Of a stretch of DNA of 64,000 nt, positions 37,933 to 48,096 are shown piece by piece. The number at the start of each line of letters is the position of its first letter. The stretch's first letter is position 1. Made by a program: the position numbers and the translations under genes. Origin of the DNA: Alkaliphilus sp. (lineage in GTDB: Bacteria > Bacillota > Clostridia > Peptostreptococcales > NVVX01); NCBI GenBank assembly GCA_002733545.1, contig NVVX01000001.1, positions 45,099 to 109,098 of the forward strand, written 5' to 3'. Below the pieces are notes generated by a model that saw nothing but the letters and a program-made list of their open reading frames with translations, searched no databases and was not told where the DNA came from.

Positions 37933-38642
37933 TGATAGATTTAAAAGGAAAAATCGCAATTATTATACTGTGCGCAATACTGGGATTTGTAATTGCTATG
38001 CAAATTCAAGCTGTAAGACAAGCAACCGGAGGAAACAAATTCCTCAATCAAAGAGCACAGCACATGGTAAGTGAACTTAGAAGTCTACGTAATGAAAAAG
38101 AAAAACTTAATCAAGAATTGGACGATATTGAAAATAGATTGCGTGAATATGAAATTAGTGAAGCTGATGAGAGTATTATTGTAAGAAATTTAAAAAAGGA
38201 TCTTAGTAAATACCATATATTCACAGGATTTGTTCCTGTTCAAGGACCAGGTATTACAATTACACTCGATGATAAACAATCTGAAGGGGTTAGTTTTCTT
38301 ATGTATAATTATGAAATACTATTGGATTTAGTTAATGAACTAAACGCAGCTGGTGCTGAAGCTATTGCTATTAACGATCAAAGACTTCTATCTACGACAG
38401 GTATTCATTATTTTTCAAATGCAGTAATGATAAATTCTATACCAACTACCCCACCTTTTGTGATTACTGCAATAGGTAATCCGCAGGCGTTAGAAGCATC
38501 TGTAAACATGAGGTTTGGAATAATATGGAATATAAGGCAAGAAAATAATTTGACAGTGATTACAAAGGAAGAAGAAAACATAACTTTACAAATATATAGT
38601 GAAACAATACAGTTTAAGTATGCGAGACCTATTGAAAATTAG
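37932..38642 (+). CDS. DUF881-family division/sporulation-associated membrane protein (YlxW-like)
   Basis: N-terminal TM, coiled coil, and the block ELNAAGAEAIAINDQRL. Start overlaps the ftsQ stop. Confidence 0.75.
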   Translation: MIDLKGKIAIIILCAILGFVIAMQIQAVRQATGGNKFLNQRAQHMVSELRSLRNEKEKLNQELDDIENRLREYEISEADESIIVRNLKKDLSKYHIFTGFVPVQGPGITITLDDKQSEGVSFLMYNYEILLDLVNELNAAGAEAIAINDQRLLSTTGIHYFSNAVMINSIPTTPPFVITAIGNPQALEASVNMRFGIIWNIRQENNLTVITKEEENITLQIYSETIQFKYARPIEN

Positions 38643-38748
38643 CACTAATTTGTGGTATCATATGAAGTTGTTTTTAATCACTACTTGCTTTGTTTTGAGT
38701 TATAGTTTTAATGTTCACTAAAGAGAAGATTTTAGCAGGAGGACACAA

Positions 38749-39471
38749 ATGAGAAAAACAGCCTCGGCATTTATTATTATAATTACATTTGTTGTTTTAG
38801 GATATTTTATTACATTCCACTTTAGAAATATTTCTGAAGAGTATTCTTTTGTTAGCATAAGAAATATTACAGAATTACAGAATGAAATAAATAGAAAAAA
38901 AGAGGAAATAAGAAGTATTAATGGTATAATAGTAAAGAAAAGAGACCAGCTTAAGCAATATGAGGTTGCAATAAAAGAAGAAGGAACAATAAAAGAAGTT
39001 TTACGTAGCAAAATAGAAATCGCGAGAATTCATGCTGGGTTTGTCGACATTGAAGGTACTGGTGTAATAATTGTATTAAGAGATAGTGAACGTGACCTTT
39101 ATAAAAATGAGGACCCTAATAATCTAATTGTACATGAAAGTGATATTTTAGTTCTTTTAAATGAATTGAAAGTTGCAGGAGCTGAAGCATTGTCTGTAAA
39201 TGGACAAAGAGTATTATTTATGACAGGCGTTAAATGTACGGGACCTACTATAACAATAAATGGTTTTACATATGGACAACCATTTATTATTAAAGCTATT
39301 GGTAATACTACTGCCTTAAATGCTGCTATAATGTCTCCTAACGCGTCTGTGGTTATTTTAAAAGAAGTTTTTGGCTTAGACATTAAGTCAAGAATAAGCC
39401 CTCGAGTAAGGATTGCAAAATTTAGTGAGAGTACAAGCTTTAAACACCTCACAGTAAAGGAAGGTTATTAA
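38749..39471 (+). CDS. DUF881-family protein, second copy (YlxX-like)
   Basis: Same architecture as the copy at 37932. Block ELKVAGAEALSVNGQRV. Confidence 0.75.
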   Translation: MRKTASAFIIIITFVVLGYFITFHFRNISEEYSFVSIRNITELQNEINRKKEEIRSINGIIVKKRDQLKQYEVAIKEEGTIKEVLRSKIEIARIHAGFVDIEGTGVIIVLRDSERDLYKNEDPNNLIVHESDILVLLNELKVAGAEALSVNGQRVLFMTGVKCTGPTITINGFTYGQPFIIKAIGNTTALNAAIMSPNASVVILKEVFGLDIKSRISPRVRIAKFSESTSFKHLTVKEGY

Positions 39472-39472
39472 T

Positions 39473-39811
39473 ATGTTAATTGCTCTACTTGGACTAGCTA
39501 TAGGGATATTTTTGGGATTTTACCTACCCATAACATATCCAATCGCTTTTTCGTTGTATATTTCAATTGCAATTTTAGCAGCGCTAGATTCTGTGTTTGG
39601 TGCATTAAAAGCTAGTTTAGAAAAAACGTTTAATACTGCAATATTTGTATCAGGTTTTTTTGGAAATGCTATTCTTGCTGGCGGATTGGCATATATTGGA
39701 GACAGAATGGGTATTCCACTGTATTACGCAGCAATTTTCGCTTTCGGGAATAGGTTGTTTAATAATTTTGCAATAATAAGAAGACATATGTTAAATATTA
39801 AGAGTGATTAA
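39473..39811 (+). CDS. sbp: Small basic protein Sbp (DUF1290)
   Basis: 112-aa membrane protein. Conserved position directly downstream of the DUF881 pair and upstream of ftsZ. Confidence 0.65.
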   Translation: MLIALLGLAIGIFLGFYLPITYPIAFSLYISIAILAALDSVFGALKASLEKTFNTAIFVSGFFGNAILAGGLAYIGDRMGIPLYYAAIFAFGNRLFNNFAIIRRHMLNIKSD

Positions 39812-39915
39812 CAAAAAGTATAGAAGGAACTTAAGTTGCTATGTTGAATAATAAAGGTAATAGACTAGAATACGAAATTGAAAAGGCTTCGTATTACATA
39901 ATAGGGGGTTATAAA

Positions 39916-40986
39916 ATGTTAGAATTTGATATAGAAATGGAAAGATTTGCACAAATCAAAGTTATTGGAGTTGGAGGTGGCGGGAGTAACGCTGTCAATA
40001 GAATGATTGATTCGGGCTTGAAAGGGATAGAATTTATTGCCATTAATACTGATAAACAAGCTTTGCTTAGTTCAAAGGCTGAGTATAAAATACAAATCGG
40101 AGAAAAACTAACAAAAGGGTTAGGTGCAGGAGCCAACCCAGAAATAGGAAAAAAGGCAGCAGAAGAAAGTAGAGAAGAAGTACATAATTATTTGCAGGGA
40201 GCAGACATGATATTTGTTACTGCTGGAATGGGAGGCGGAACAGGTACTGGAGCAGCCCCTATAATTGCAGAAATGGCTAAAGAAATGGGAGTTCTAACCG
40301 TAGGCATTGCGACTAAACCGTTTACATTTGAAGGAAAAAGAAGAATGCTACATGCAGAACAAGGAATCCAGGAATTAAGAAAAAGTGTCGATACACTAGT
40401 GACTATTCCAAACGACCGATTATTGCAAGTTATAGAAAAAAAGACAACTATGTTAGATGCTTTTAAAATAGCTGATGACATATTGAGGCAAGGAGTGCAA
40501 GGTATTTCTGATCTAATAGCAGTACCTGGTCTTGTCAACCTAGATTTTGCAGATGTTAAGACAATTATGCTTGAGCAAGGTTTAGCACATATGGGTATTG
40601 GTAGAGCAAGCGGTGAGAATAGAGCCGTAGATGCTGCAAAACAAGCGATACAAAGCCCGTTGTTAGAAACTACAATTGTAGGAGCGAAAGGTGTGTTGTT
40701 AAACATTACAGGAGGAGAGGGACTAGGGTTATTTGAAGTAAATGAAGCTGCAGAGATAATTACTCAAGCTGCTGATCCTGATGCTAATATTATTTTTGGT
40801 GCAGTTATTAACGAAGAATTAAATGATGAAATTGTGATCACTGTAATAGCAACTGGATTTGAAAAGGACAAAACAAAAAGCAAACAAACTGAACCACTGT
40901 TTAGCAAAGCAAAGCAGGAAGCCTGCGCAGAACAAGAAACAGAGGAGCTAGATATTCCAGTATTCTTGAGAAGGAAAAAACAGTGA
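39916..40986 (+). CDS. ftsZ: Cell division GTPase FtsZ
   Basis: RBS AGGGGG before ATG 39916 (MLEFDIEME...). [13 protein letters not shown], the tubulin signature [17 protein letters not shown], and the C-terminal peptide DIPVFLRRK. Confidence 0.96.
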   Translation: MLEFDIEMERFAQIKVIGVGGGGSNAVNRMIDSGLKGIEFIAINTDKQALLSSKAEYKIQIGEKLTKGLGAGANPEIGKKAAEESREEVHNYLQGADMIFVTAGMGGGTGTGAAPIIAEMAKEMGVLTVGIATKPFTFEGKRRMLHAEQGIQELRKSVDTLVTIPNDRLLQVIEKKTTMLDAFKIADDILRQGVQGISDLIAVPGLVNLDFADVKTIMLEQGLAHMGIGRASGENRAVDAAKQAIQSPLLETTIVGAKGVLLNITGGEGLGLFEVNEAAEIITQAADPDANIIFGAVINEELNDEIVITVIATGFEKDKTKSKQTEPLFSKAKQEACAEQETEELDIPVFLRRKKQ

Positions 40987-41043
40987 TACTAATTTACTAG
41001 ACAAACCAACTATATAGAATATCACACAATTACATTAACGATA

Positions 41044-41092
41044 AAAAAATATAAAAAGAGACTCAATTAAGAGTCTCTTTTTATATTTTTTT
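41044..41092 (+). terminator. Rho-independent terminator after ftsZ
   Basis: aaaaagagactc aattaa gagtctcttttt embedded in extended A/T palindromic flanks. Confidence 0.85.
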
Positions 41093-41208
41093 ATTTTTAC
41101 TACAATAAGCGACAAAAAAATTTGCTTTTATCTTATATACTAATCATATAAGTTTGTCAACATGAATAATTCTATAATAAGAATATGTCCTCTTTAGGAG
41201 TGGGTAGA

Positions 41209-42114
41209 TTGATTATTTATGCAGAGTACGTGTTCATTGAAAATTTTATAATGAACTTTATAATACTTTCATTAACGGCGAAGCTAGGTAAAGCAAAATT
41301 TAAGACTGGACAATTAATAATTGCCTCTACTATAGGTACAATGTATTCATTTATTATTTTTTTTCCAACGCTATATTTTCTTTTTACAACTTTAATGAAA
41401 ATCTCTTTCTCAATTTTGTTAATTGTAATTGCTTTTAGTCCATACAAATTTAAAGAGTTTTTTAAGCTGTTAGTTACTTTTTATCTAATAACATTTGTCT
41501 TTGGAGGTGCTGGTTTTGCAATATTTTATCTGACAAATTTTTCAGGTATAATAGGAAATGGGATATTTTACATAGTTGACTTATCTGCAAAACAAGTGTA
41601 TCTTTCATGCGGTTTAGCTTATATTTTAATACATATCAGTTGGAATTTTATACAAAGGCAGATTGTCAAAGAGAGAATTTTTATGAAGGTTAAAATTGAA
41701 ATGGAGGGCAAAAAAATCTCTTTTAATGGAATGGTAGACACAGGCAATAGTCTGACAGATCCTATTACTAAATATCCAGTGATAATAGTTGAATATGACA
41801 CATTAGTAGATTTGTTTCCAGACGATATAATAAATGCTTTTGAAAACAGCAAGCCGCTAGATTTCGAGAAAATAATAGCTGTTTTAAGTGGTACAACTTG
41901 GTTAAAAAGATTTCGTGTAATACCATTTGAATCAATAGGAATTGAAAAAGGGATGTTAGTGGGCTTTAGGCCAGATTTTGTAGTTGTCGAAAAAGAAACA
42001 AAAACAAGCAACATAAAAAATGTAATTATAGCAATGTATAGTAAAAAGCTTTCTACCACAGGAGAGTACAGCGCGCTACTGCATCCAGATATAATGTTTT
42101 ACGAGAAACTTTAA
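41209..42114 (+). CDS. spoIIGA: Sigma-E processing peptidase SpoIIGA
   Basis: TTG 41209 after GGAG gives MIIYAEYVFIENFIMNF, typical of SpoIIGA. The catalytic block is VDTGNSLTDP. Located directly upstream of sigE. Confidence 0.88.
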   Translation: MIIYAEYVFIENFIMNFIILSLTAKLGKAKFKTGQLIIASTIGTMYSFIIFFPTLYFLFTTLMKISFSILLIVIAFSPYKFKEFFKLLVTFYLITFVFGGAGFAIFYLTNFSGIIGNGIFYIVDLSAKQVYLSCGLAYILIHISWNFIQRQIVKERIFMKVKIEMEGKKISFNGMVDTGNSLTDPITKYPVIIVEYDTLVDLFPDDIINAFENSKPLDFEKIIAVLSGTTWLKRFRVIPFESIGIEKGMLVGFRPDFVVVEKETKTSNIKNVIIAMYSKKLSTTGEYSALLHPDIMFYEKL

Positions 42115-42135
42115 ATAAATTTTAGGAGGAAAAAA

Positions 42136-42849
42136 ATGAAGTATTCAATTAAATATTACGTGACCAAAATACTGCTATTTTTAAAAATTACAAAAAGAGA
42201 AAAGATTTTTTATATAGGCGGAAGCGAAGCCTTACCGCCTCCACTATCAAGAGAAGAAGAAGTTACTCTATTAGCTAAGTTAGGAAAAGAGGAAAATTCA
42301 GTAAGAAGCACCTTGATTGAGAGAAACTTACGTTTAGTTGTATATATTGCACGAAAATTTGAGAACACTGGAGTAAATGTAGAGGATCTAATCTCAATTG
42401 GTACAATAGGCTTAATTAAGGCTGTAAACACTTTTAAACCTGATAGAAACATAAAGCTAGCTACATACGCGTCAAGATGTATTGAAAATGAAATTCTAAT
42501 GTTTTTAAGAAGAAACAACAAAAAAAGATCAGAAGTATCGTTCGATGAACCGTTAAACACAGATTGGGATGGAAATGAGTTGCTTCTCTCAGATATTCTA
42601 GGTACCGCAAATAACGTGATTTCTTTAGAAATAGAAAAAAAAGTTGACAGAGAACTTTTGCTACTAGCATTAAATAGGTTGTCAAAGAGAGAGAAGAAGA
42701 TAATGGAGTTGCGATTTGGACTTATATTTGGGAATGAGAAAACGCAAAAAGAAGTCGCAGACTTATTAGGCATTTCACAGTCCTATATATCACGATTAGA
42801 AAAAAGGATATTTCAGAGATTAAAAAAAGAAATGAAAAAAATGATATGA
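42136..42849 (+). CDS. sigE: RNA polymerase sporulation sigma factor SigE (with pro-sequence)
   Basis: [32 protein letters not shown], and region 4 [20 protein letters not shown]. Confidence 0.95.
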   Translation: MKYSIKYYVTKILLFLKITKREKIFYIGGSEALPPPLSREEEVTLLAKLGKEENSVRSTLIERNLRLVVYIARKFENTGVNVEDLISIGTIGLIKAVNTFKPDRNIKLATYASRCIENEILMFLRRNNKKRSEVSFDEPLNTDWDGNELLLSDILGTANNVISLEIEKKVDRELLLLALNRLSKREKKIMELRFGLIFGNEKTQKEVADLLGISQSYISRLEKRIFQRLKKEMKKMI

Positions 42850-42938
42850 AGTAGAATATAATCTACAAAATTGTTAATAATTAAATTGTACAGCTTTGCA
42901 CTTAAAGGGGTAATTCAAAGTGAGAGGATTGTTGATTT

Positions 42939-43712
42939 ATGTATATTAACAAAGTGGAAATCTGCGGCGTAAACACATCGGAATTACCAGTATTGACAGA
43001 CAAAGAAATGAAAAAATTATTTGTGAGAATTGATAATGGCGATGAAACTGCAAGAGAGGAATTTATTCAAGGTAATCTAAGACTAGTACTAAGTGTAATT
43101 AAAAGGTTCAACAATAGAGGAGAACATGTTGACGACCTGTTTCAAGTAGGATGTATAGGACTTATCAAAGCAATTGATAATTTTGATCTAAGCCACGGAG
43201 TGCGGTTTTCTACTTATGCAGTACCCATGATTATTGGGGAAATTAGAAGGTACTTAAGAGATAACAACACTATAAGAGTTAGTAGATCCTTAAGAGATAC
43301 TGCATACAAAGCACTTCAAGTAAGAGATCAATTAACTAAATCAAAGGGTAGAGAACCAACAGTCGCAGAGATAGCAGAAAATTTAAACATGAAAAGAGAA
43401 ACTATAGTTTTTGCCCTTGATGCGATTCAAGATCCGGTTTCGTTGTTTGAACCTATATACCACGATAGTGGTGATGCGATTTTTATTATGGATCAAGTGA
43501 GTGACAATAAAAACGCTAGCGAAATGTGGGTAGATGAAATTGCAATAAACGAAGCTATGTTAAGATTAAACGAAAGGGAAAAACATATAATATCATTAAG
43601 ATTTTTTGCGGGGAGAACACAAATGGAAGTTGCAGATGAAATAGGAATTTCGCAAGCACAAGTTTCTAGACTAGAAAAAACTGCACTCAGACAAATGAGA
43701 AAGCATATCTAA
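42939..43712 (+). CDS. sigG: RNA polymerase sporulation sigma factor SigG
   Basis: VEICGVNTSELPVL, GNLRLVLSVIKRF, QMEVADEIGISQAQVSRLEK. Located immediately after sigE. Confidence 0.93.
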   Translation: MYINKVEICGVNTSELPVLTDKEMKKLFVRIDNGDETAREEFIQGNLRLVLSVIKRFNNRGEHVDDLFQVGCIGLIKAIDNFDLSHGVRFSTYAVPMIIGEIRRYLRDNNTIRVSRSLRDTAYKALQVRDQLTKSKGREPTVAEIAENLNMKRETIVFALDAIQDPVSLFEPIYHDSGDAIFIMDQVSDNKNASEMWVDEIAINEAMLRLNEREKHIISLRFFAGRTQMEVADEIGISQAQVSRLEKTALRQMRKHI

Positions 43713-43736
43713 AATAATTGTATACATTGCTTAAAA

Positions 43737-43762
43737 ATAAAACACCAGAAATGGTGTTTTAA
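43737..43762 (+). terminator. Rho-independent terminator after sigG
   Basis: aaaacacca gaaa tggtgtttt. Confidence 0.8.
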
Positions 43763-43840
43763 ATTATTGAGTAATAAAGTGTAGGTTAAGTTTATAAATA
43801 TAGTATTATGCACAAATACTAGAAGAAAGGTGTGGTGAAC

Positions 43841-44161
43841 ATGATAAAAGCCTCAGAATTAACTCAAAAAGAAGTTATAAATGTTATAGACGGGAAAAAA
43901 ATTGGTATTATAACAGATGTTGAAATAGATCTTAGTAAAGGATTGATTACCGCAATAATAGTACCAGAAAACGAACGATTTATGGGAGTGTTTGGGAAAG
44001 AGTATGATTATGAAATTAGCTGGGAAGAGATAAAAAAAATTGGGGAAGATGTCATTCTTGTAGAAACTAACGCAAGTGTTGAATTAAATCACCAAAGGCT
44101 TGAAGGTCAAAAGCATAGTATAATTAAGCCAGAATTTATTGAGAAAAACAAAATAGTGTAA
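43841..44161 (+). CDS. ylmC: YlmC/YmxH-family PRC-barrel sporulation protein
   Basis: MIKASELTQKEVINVIDGKKIGIITDVEIDL. ATG 43841 is preferred over the GTG at 43832. Confidence 0.8.
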   Translation: MIKASELTQKEVINVIDGKKIGIITDVEIDLSKGLITAIIVPENERFMGVFGKEYDYEISWEEIKKIGEDVILVETNASVELNHQRLEGQKHSIIKPEFIEKNKIV

Positions 44162-44265
44162 AAAATAAAGGGTTTTTATTTTTAAGAGAGAAGTAAGACT
44201 TAGAAAGGTTGAAATATTACGATACTATGAAAAGATAAAACGATAGATTAACTGGAGGAGATTTA

Positions 44266-44727
44266 ATGAATTGCCCGTTTTGTTCATATGCAGACAGTAG
44301 AGTTATTGATTCAAGACCAACAGATGAAGGGTATGTAATTAGGAGAAGAAGAGAGTGTAACTCATGCAATAAAAGATTTACAACATATGAGAAAATAGAA
44401 GAAATCCCTTTGCTTATTATAAAAAAATCTGGTAATAGAGAGCCTTTTGATAGAAACAAAATATTAAAAGGTATAGTTAGATCATGTGAAAAAAGACCAG
44501 TCGCGCTTTCGGATATAGAAAAAATTGTTGATGACATCGAAAAAAACCTATATAATTCAATGAAAAAAGAAATAGCAGCTGAATGTATTGGAGAAATTGT
44601 TATGGAGCGAATAAAAGAACTTGATGAAGTTGCATACGTACGGTTTGCTTCGGTATACCGTGAATTTAAAGACATTAACACATTTATGAGTGAACTTAGT
44701 AAAATACTTAGCGAGAAAAAACTTTAA
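44266..44727 (+). CDS. nrdR: Transcriptional repressor NrdR
   Basis: MNCPFC...CNSC zinc ribbon followed by an ATP-cone ([10 protein letters not shown]). Confidence 0.95.
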   Translation: MNCPFCSYADSRVIDSRPTDEGYVIRRRRECNSCNKRFTTYEKIEEIPLLIIKKSGNREPFDRNKILKGIVRSCEKRPVALSDIEKIVDDIEKNLYNSMKKEIAAECIGEIVMERIKELDEVAYVRFASVYREFKDINTFMSELSKILSEKKL

Positions 44728-44746
44728 GTCGTAGGGAGAGATATGG

Positions 44747-45442
44747 ATGACAAGACAGAGAATACTAGTTGTTGACGATGAAGAGCATATATTAGAACTA
44801 ATCAAATTCAACTTAGACAAAAATGGGTTTGAAGTTGTCACGTGTGATAACGGAGAAGAAGCTATAAATTTATTAAATAACGATCTGTTTGATTTAGTGA
44901 TACTCGACTTAATGCTTCCAGGAATTGATGGCATAGAAGTATGCAAATATGTACGGAAAATTGATGGATTAGAAAAACTACCTATAATCATGTTAACAGC
45001 GAGAAGCGAAGAAACTGATCGTGTCCTCGGACTAGAATTAGGTGCTGATGATTATATGGTAAAGCCTTTTAGCGTGCGAGAATTGGTAGCTAGAATAAGA
45101 GCTGTACTAAGAAGAAGTGAAGATAAAAAAGAAAATACATACAAAATATTAAAAGTCAATGATTTAACTATAGATACTGAGAAGCATGAAGTTAAAGTGA
45201 AAGGAAGAATGCTTGAACTTACTCTAAAGGAGTTTGATTTGCTTAGAATACTAACTATAAACAGAGGAAAAGTGCTTTCTCGAAACTATTTGTTAGACGA
45301 AGTTTGGGGATATGATTTTTTTGGTGAAACAAGAACTGTAGATGTTCATATAAGACATTTAAGAAAAAAGATAGAAGATGCCAATGGCAACCCAATTGAT
45401 TACATCTCTACCATTAGAGGAAGAGGTTATAAAATGAAGTAG
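44747..45442 (+). CDS. OmpR-family response regulator (PhoP-like)
   Basis: ILVVDDEE, DLVILDLMLPGIDG, KPFSVRELVARI, winged helix TIRGRGYKM. Confidence 0.9.
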   Translation: MTRQRILVVDDEEHILELIKFNLDKNGFEVVTCDNGEEAINLLNNDLFDLVILDLMLPGIDGIEVCKYVRKIDGLEKLPIIMLTARSEETDRVLGLELGADDYMVKPFSVRELVARIRAVLRRSEDKKENTYKILKVNDLTIDTEKHEVKVKGRMLELTLKEFDLLRILTINRGKVLSRNYLLDEVWGYDFFGETRTVDVHIRHLRKKIEDANGNPIDYISTIRGRGYKMK

Positions 45443-45450
45443 GTGTTAGA

Positions 45451-46857
45451 ATGAAAAGAAAGATACTAATTATATTTTGTTCAATTTTGCTTGTTGGAAT
45501 CTTGCTAACAGGTTTTTTGTCGTTAAGTCTTATCAAAGCTAACTACAGCAATTTGTTAGATGATAAAATATACACAATAATTGGGTTGTCGATAATTATA
45601 GGATTGTTAGCATCGTTTGTACTAGCATATCGATTCATTAATAAAATGGTTGGACCATTAGTAGAGATGACAGAAGCCACTAAACAAATATCTGATGGTG
45701 ACTTAACAAAAAGAATCTCAGTTAATTCTTCTGATGAAATAGGGAAACTTGCTACCAATTTCAATAATATGGCAATAAGACTTTCAGAAACTATTAAAGA
45801 ACTATCTGAAAGCAATATAAATTTGAGTGCAGTATTAACAAGCATAATAAATCCAATTATTGCTGTTGATAATAATCACAGGATTGTGCTAATTAATCCT
45901 GCTGCAGAACAGTTATTCGAAGTAAGTGCAGAAGAAGCGAAAAACAAGCATATTTTAGAAGTGTTTAGAAATAATATTTTAGATGAAGAGTTAACTCATA
46001 TATTGGAAAACAAAATTGAAAGACAAATTGAAATATTCGTCAAAATACCACAAGAAAAAATATTGAAAATCTACACGAATTTAATAAAACCTAAAAACCA
46101 GCCAGATAAAATAATTGGAGTTGTAGTATTGATTCAAGACGTAACAGAAATCAGAAAATTAGAAAAAATGAGATCTGGCTTTGTAGCAAATGTATCACAT
46201 GAGCTAAGAACCCCACTAACATCAATTAGTGGGTTTATCGAAACTCTAAAGTCGGGAGCTATTGATGATGAGAAAACAAAAAGAAGATTTTTAGACATTA
46301 TTGATATAGAAACAGAAAGATTAACGAGGTTAATCGATGATATATTAACTTTATCTGACATTGAAAATACAAAACATAGAGATACTAGGCAAAAAATCTT
46401 GACTAGCGATTCAATTATAGAAGTAGAAGAGATTATGAAATCTGTAGCTAAGGCTAAAGGAATAGAAATACTATCAGAAATCGAATCAAATCTACCAGCG
46501 CTATATGGCAATAGAGATTGGTTTAAACAAATGATGATTAACTTACTTGACAATGCTATAAAGTACACAATAAGTGGTGGTAAAGTTCATATTTACGCAT
46601 ACGAAAAATATAATAAAATATTTATTTCAGTGAAAGATTCTGGAATAGGAATTCCAAAGAGTGATCTTCCAAAATTATTTGAAAGATTTTACCGAGTTGA
46701 TAAAGCAAGAAGCAGAAAAGTTGGGGGAACAGGACTTGGACTTGCAATAGTTAAACATATTGTCTTATCTTTTGATGGAAAAATAAAAGTTAGTAGTGAA
46801 AAAGGAAAAGGAACGGAATTTACTGTGATAATACCTATAAATAATGCAGTAAAGTAA
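45451..46857 (+). CDS. Sensor histidine kinase (PhoR-like: 2 TM, HAMP, PAS, HisKA, HATPase)
   Basis: H-box VSHELRTPLTSISGFIETL, N-box LLDNAIKYT, FYRVDKARSRKVGGTGLGLAIVKHI. Confidence 0.9.
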   Translation: MKRKILIIFCSILLVGILLTGFLSLSLIKANYSNLLDDKIYTIIGLSIIIGLLASFVLAYRFINKMVGPLVEMTEATKQISDGDLTKRISVNSSDEIGKLATNFNNMAIRLSETIKELSESNINLSAVLTSIINPIIAVDNNHRIVLINPAAEQLFEVSAEEAKNKHILEVFRNNILDEELTHILENKIERQIEIFVKIPQEKILKIYTNLIKPKNQPDKIIGVVVLIQDVTEIRKLEKMRSGFVANVSHELRTPLTSISGFIETLKSGAIDDEKTKRRFLDIIDIETERLTRLIDDILTLSDIENTKHRDTRQKILTSDSIIEVEEIMKSVAKAKGIEILSEIESNLPALYGNRDWFKQMMINLLDNAIKYTISGGKVHIYAYEKYNKIFISVKDSGIGIPKSDLPKLFERFYRVDKARSRKVGGTGLGLAIVKHIVLSFDGKIKVSSEKGKGTEFTVIIPINNAVK

Positions 46858-46941
46858 GCGATTTCAATTAACAATTCTATGCGTCAAACATAAAACCAAC
46901 AAGTAAGTGTAAAAAAGCAAGAGAGAGGATGTGGAGAAAAC

Positions 46942-47667
46942 ATGGGTGTTTCAAGTAAAGGCAAGAAGCCATTAGCTAATAAGTACGTAATGTTAGTAAT
47001 TGTACTGATGATTTTTTCGGTGCTTTACTCATTATACAACGAGTTGAGGATGGAGCGTGTAGTTATTTTTGTAGGTGAAAACACAGAATCTATCGAAAGA
47101 AGAATTACGAGAAAGGTTGAGGATTTTAGCGACATTTTTATGAACAACCCACAAAATTACGTTGCAGAGACTAAGAAACCGACTAGAGGACAAGGCGCTT
47201 TTTTTACATCACTAGATGAGGTGCAATCAACATACACTTCACTATCTTATCATAACTCTTGGTTGTTAAATAGAATTTTAATAATTATCATGAGTAGAGG
47301 GCAAGTCTATATGGTTTTTGTTGGAATTTTGCTGGCGACTGCAGTATACACTAATAAAGAAAGTTTGAATAGCGATAAATATAAACCTGCTAAAAGTATT
47401 ATAAAAAAACAAATGTATAAAATTCTCGCTATTATAATGTGTATTTTAATTGTAGGGCTTGTCTTAGGGCTAATCTTAGGAAATGTTATGTACTCTGCCT
47501 CGTTAAATGAAACGGAACAAATTAAGTATTTAAACAATCTCTTTATAGAGAAAAATATATGGAATCCTGATTTAATCTATACAGCTATATCTATTTTGGG
47601 TGGCATGATATACCTCTTCACATATGCTGTTTGGGGGATTATTTATTGGTCATATATTAAAAGATAG
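46942..47667 (+). CDS. Hypothetical membrane protein, N-terminal part; probably one gene with 47624..47914, interrupted by a frameshift
   Basis: RBS GGATGTGGAGA. N-terminal TM, a ~90-aa loop, then TM helices. Terminates 30 nt after a T3G5 tract. Confidence 0.6.
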   Translation: MGVSSKGKKPLANKYVMLVIVLMIFSVLYSLYNELRMERVVIFVGENTESIERRITRKVEDFSDIFMNNPQNYVAETKKPTRGQGAFFTSLDEVQSTYTSLSYHNSWLLNRILIIIMSRGQVYMVFVGILLATAVYTNKESLNSDKYKPAKSIIKKQMYKILAIIMCILIVGLVLGLILGNVMYSASLNETEQIKYLNNLFIEKNIWNPDLIYTAISILGGMIYLFTYAVWGIIYWSYIKR

Positions 47668-47914
47668 AGTGTTTGCATTGTTGCTTACTTTCTTAACGGC
47701 AAACCAGTGGTTTTTATATGCAATTACAACACCTATAGCTCCAATGTACTTTTTGCATCGTATTATATCTAAATTTATTTTTATACCTGGTGGCATGTTG
47801 ATAACTGTGCCAGACTTTAAGTACTATTATATTTTTATTTTGCTTACTTTCTTGGCTCTTATGTTACTGCTTTCTCAAAAGCTATTGCACAAAAGATTTG
47901 CTAGAGCAGAGTAA
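47624..47914 (+). CDS. Hypothetical membrane protein fragment (+1 frame continuation of the preceding ORF)
   Basis: Overlaps the upstream ORF by 44 nt, has no RBS of its own and is strongly hydrophobic. Removing one G from 47633-47637 fuses the two ORFs. Confidence 0.45.
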   Translation: MLFGGLFIGHILKDRVFALLLTFLTANQWFLYAITTPIAPMYFLHRIISKFIFIPGGMLITVPDFKYYYIFILLTFLALMLLLSQKLLHKRFARAE

Positions 47915-47930
47915 TCTATTAAACATTGGA

Positions 47931-47975
47931 AAAGTTACAAAAACTGTACTAACAGTTTTGTGACTTTTTTTGTTT
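47931..47975 (+). terminator. Rho-independent terminator
   Basis: gttacaaaaactg tactaa cagttttgtgac followed by a T-run. Confidence 0.7.
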
Positions 47976-48096
47976 TTTTGTATCTCTGAATAATCTTCTT
48001 TAACAAAGGAAACGATAGTTATATTAACTATATAATTGCAGCATATTTACTAAAAAACCTACAATTAATAAAAATGGATTCAAAAGGAGGAATATC

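Noticed and set aside
40188-40706. 172-aa minus-strand ORF in the track, plus similar long antisense ORFs at 42210..42773, 44217..44681, 44557..44991, 26998..27435, 41619..42059 and 46134..46568.
   Set aside because: They lie entirely antisense to strongly recognisable conserved genes (ftsZ, sigE, nrdR, PBP, spoIIGA, kinase). They have no RBS and low-complexity Ser/Ile/Leu/Phe-rich composition typical of shadow ORFs in AT-rich genomes.
41108-41178. Spo0A-box-like sequences (agcgaca at 41108, tgtcaac at 41155) and TATAAT at 41173 upstream of spoIIGA.
   Set aside because: Each box matches only about 5 of 7 positions to TGTCGAA/TTCGACA, and no properly spaced -35 could be defined. It is plausible biologically but not supported well enough by sequence alone.
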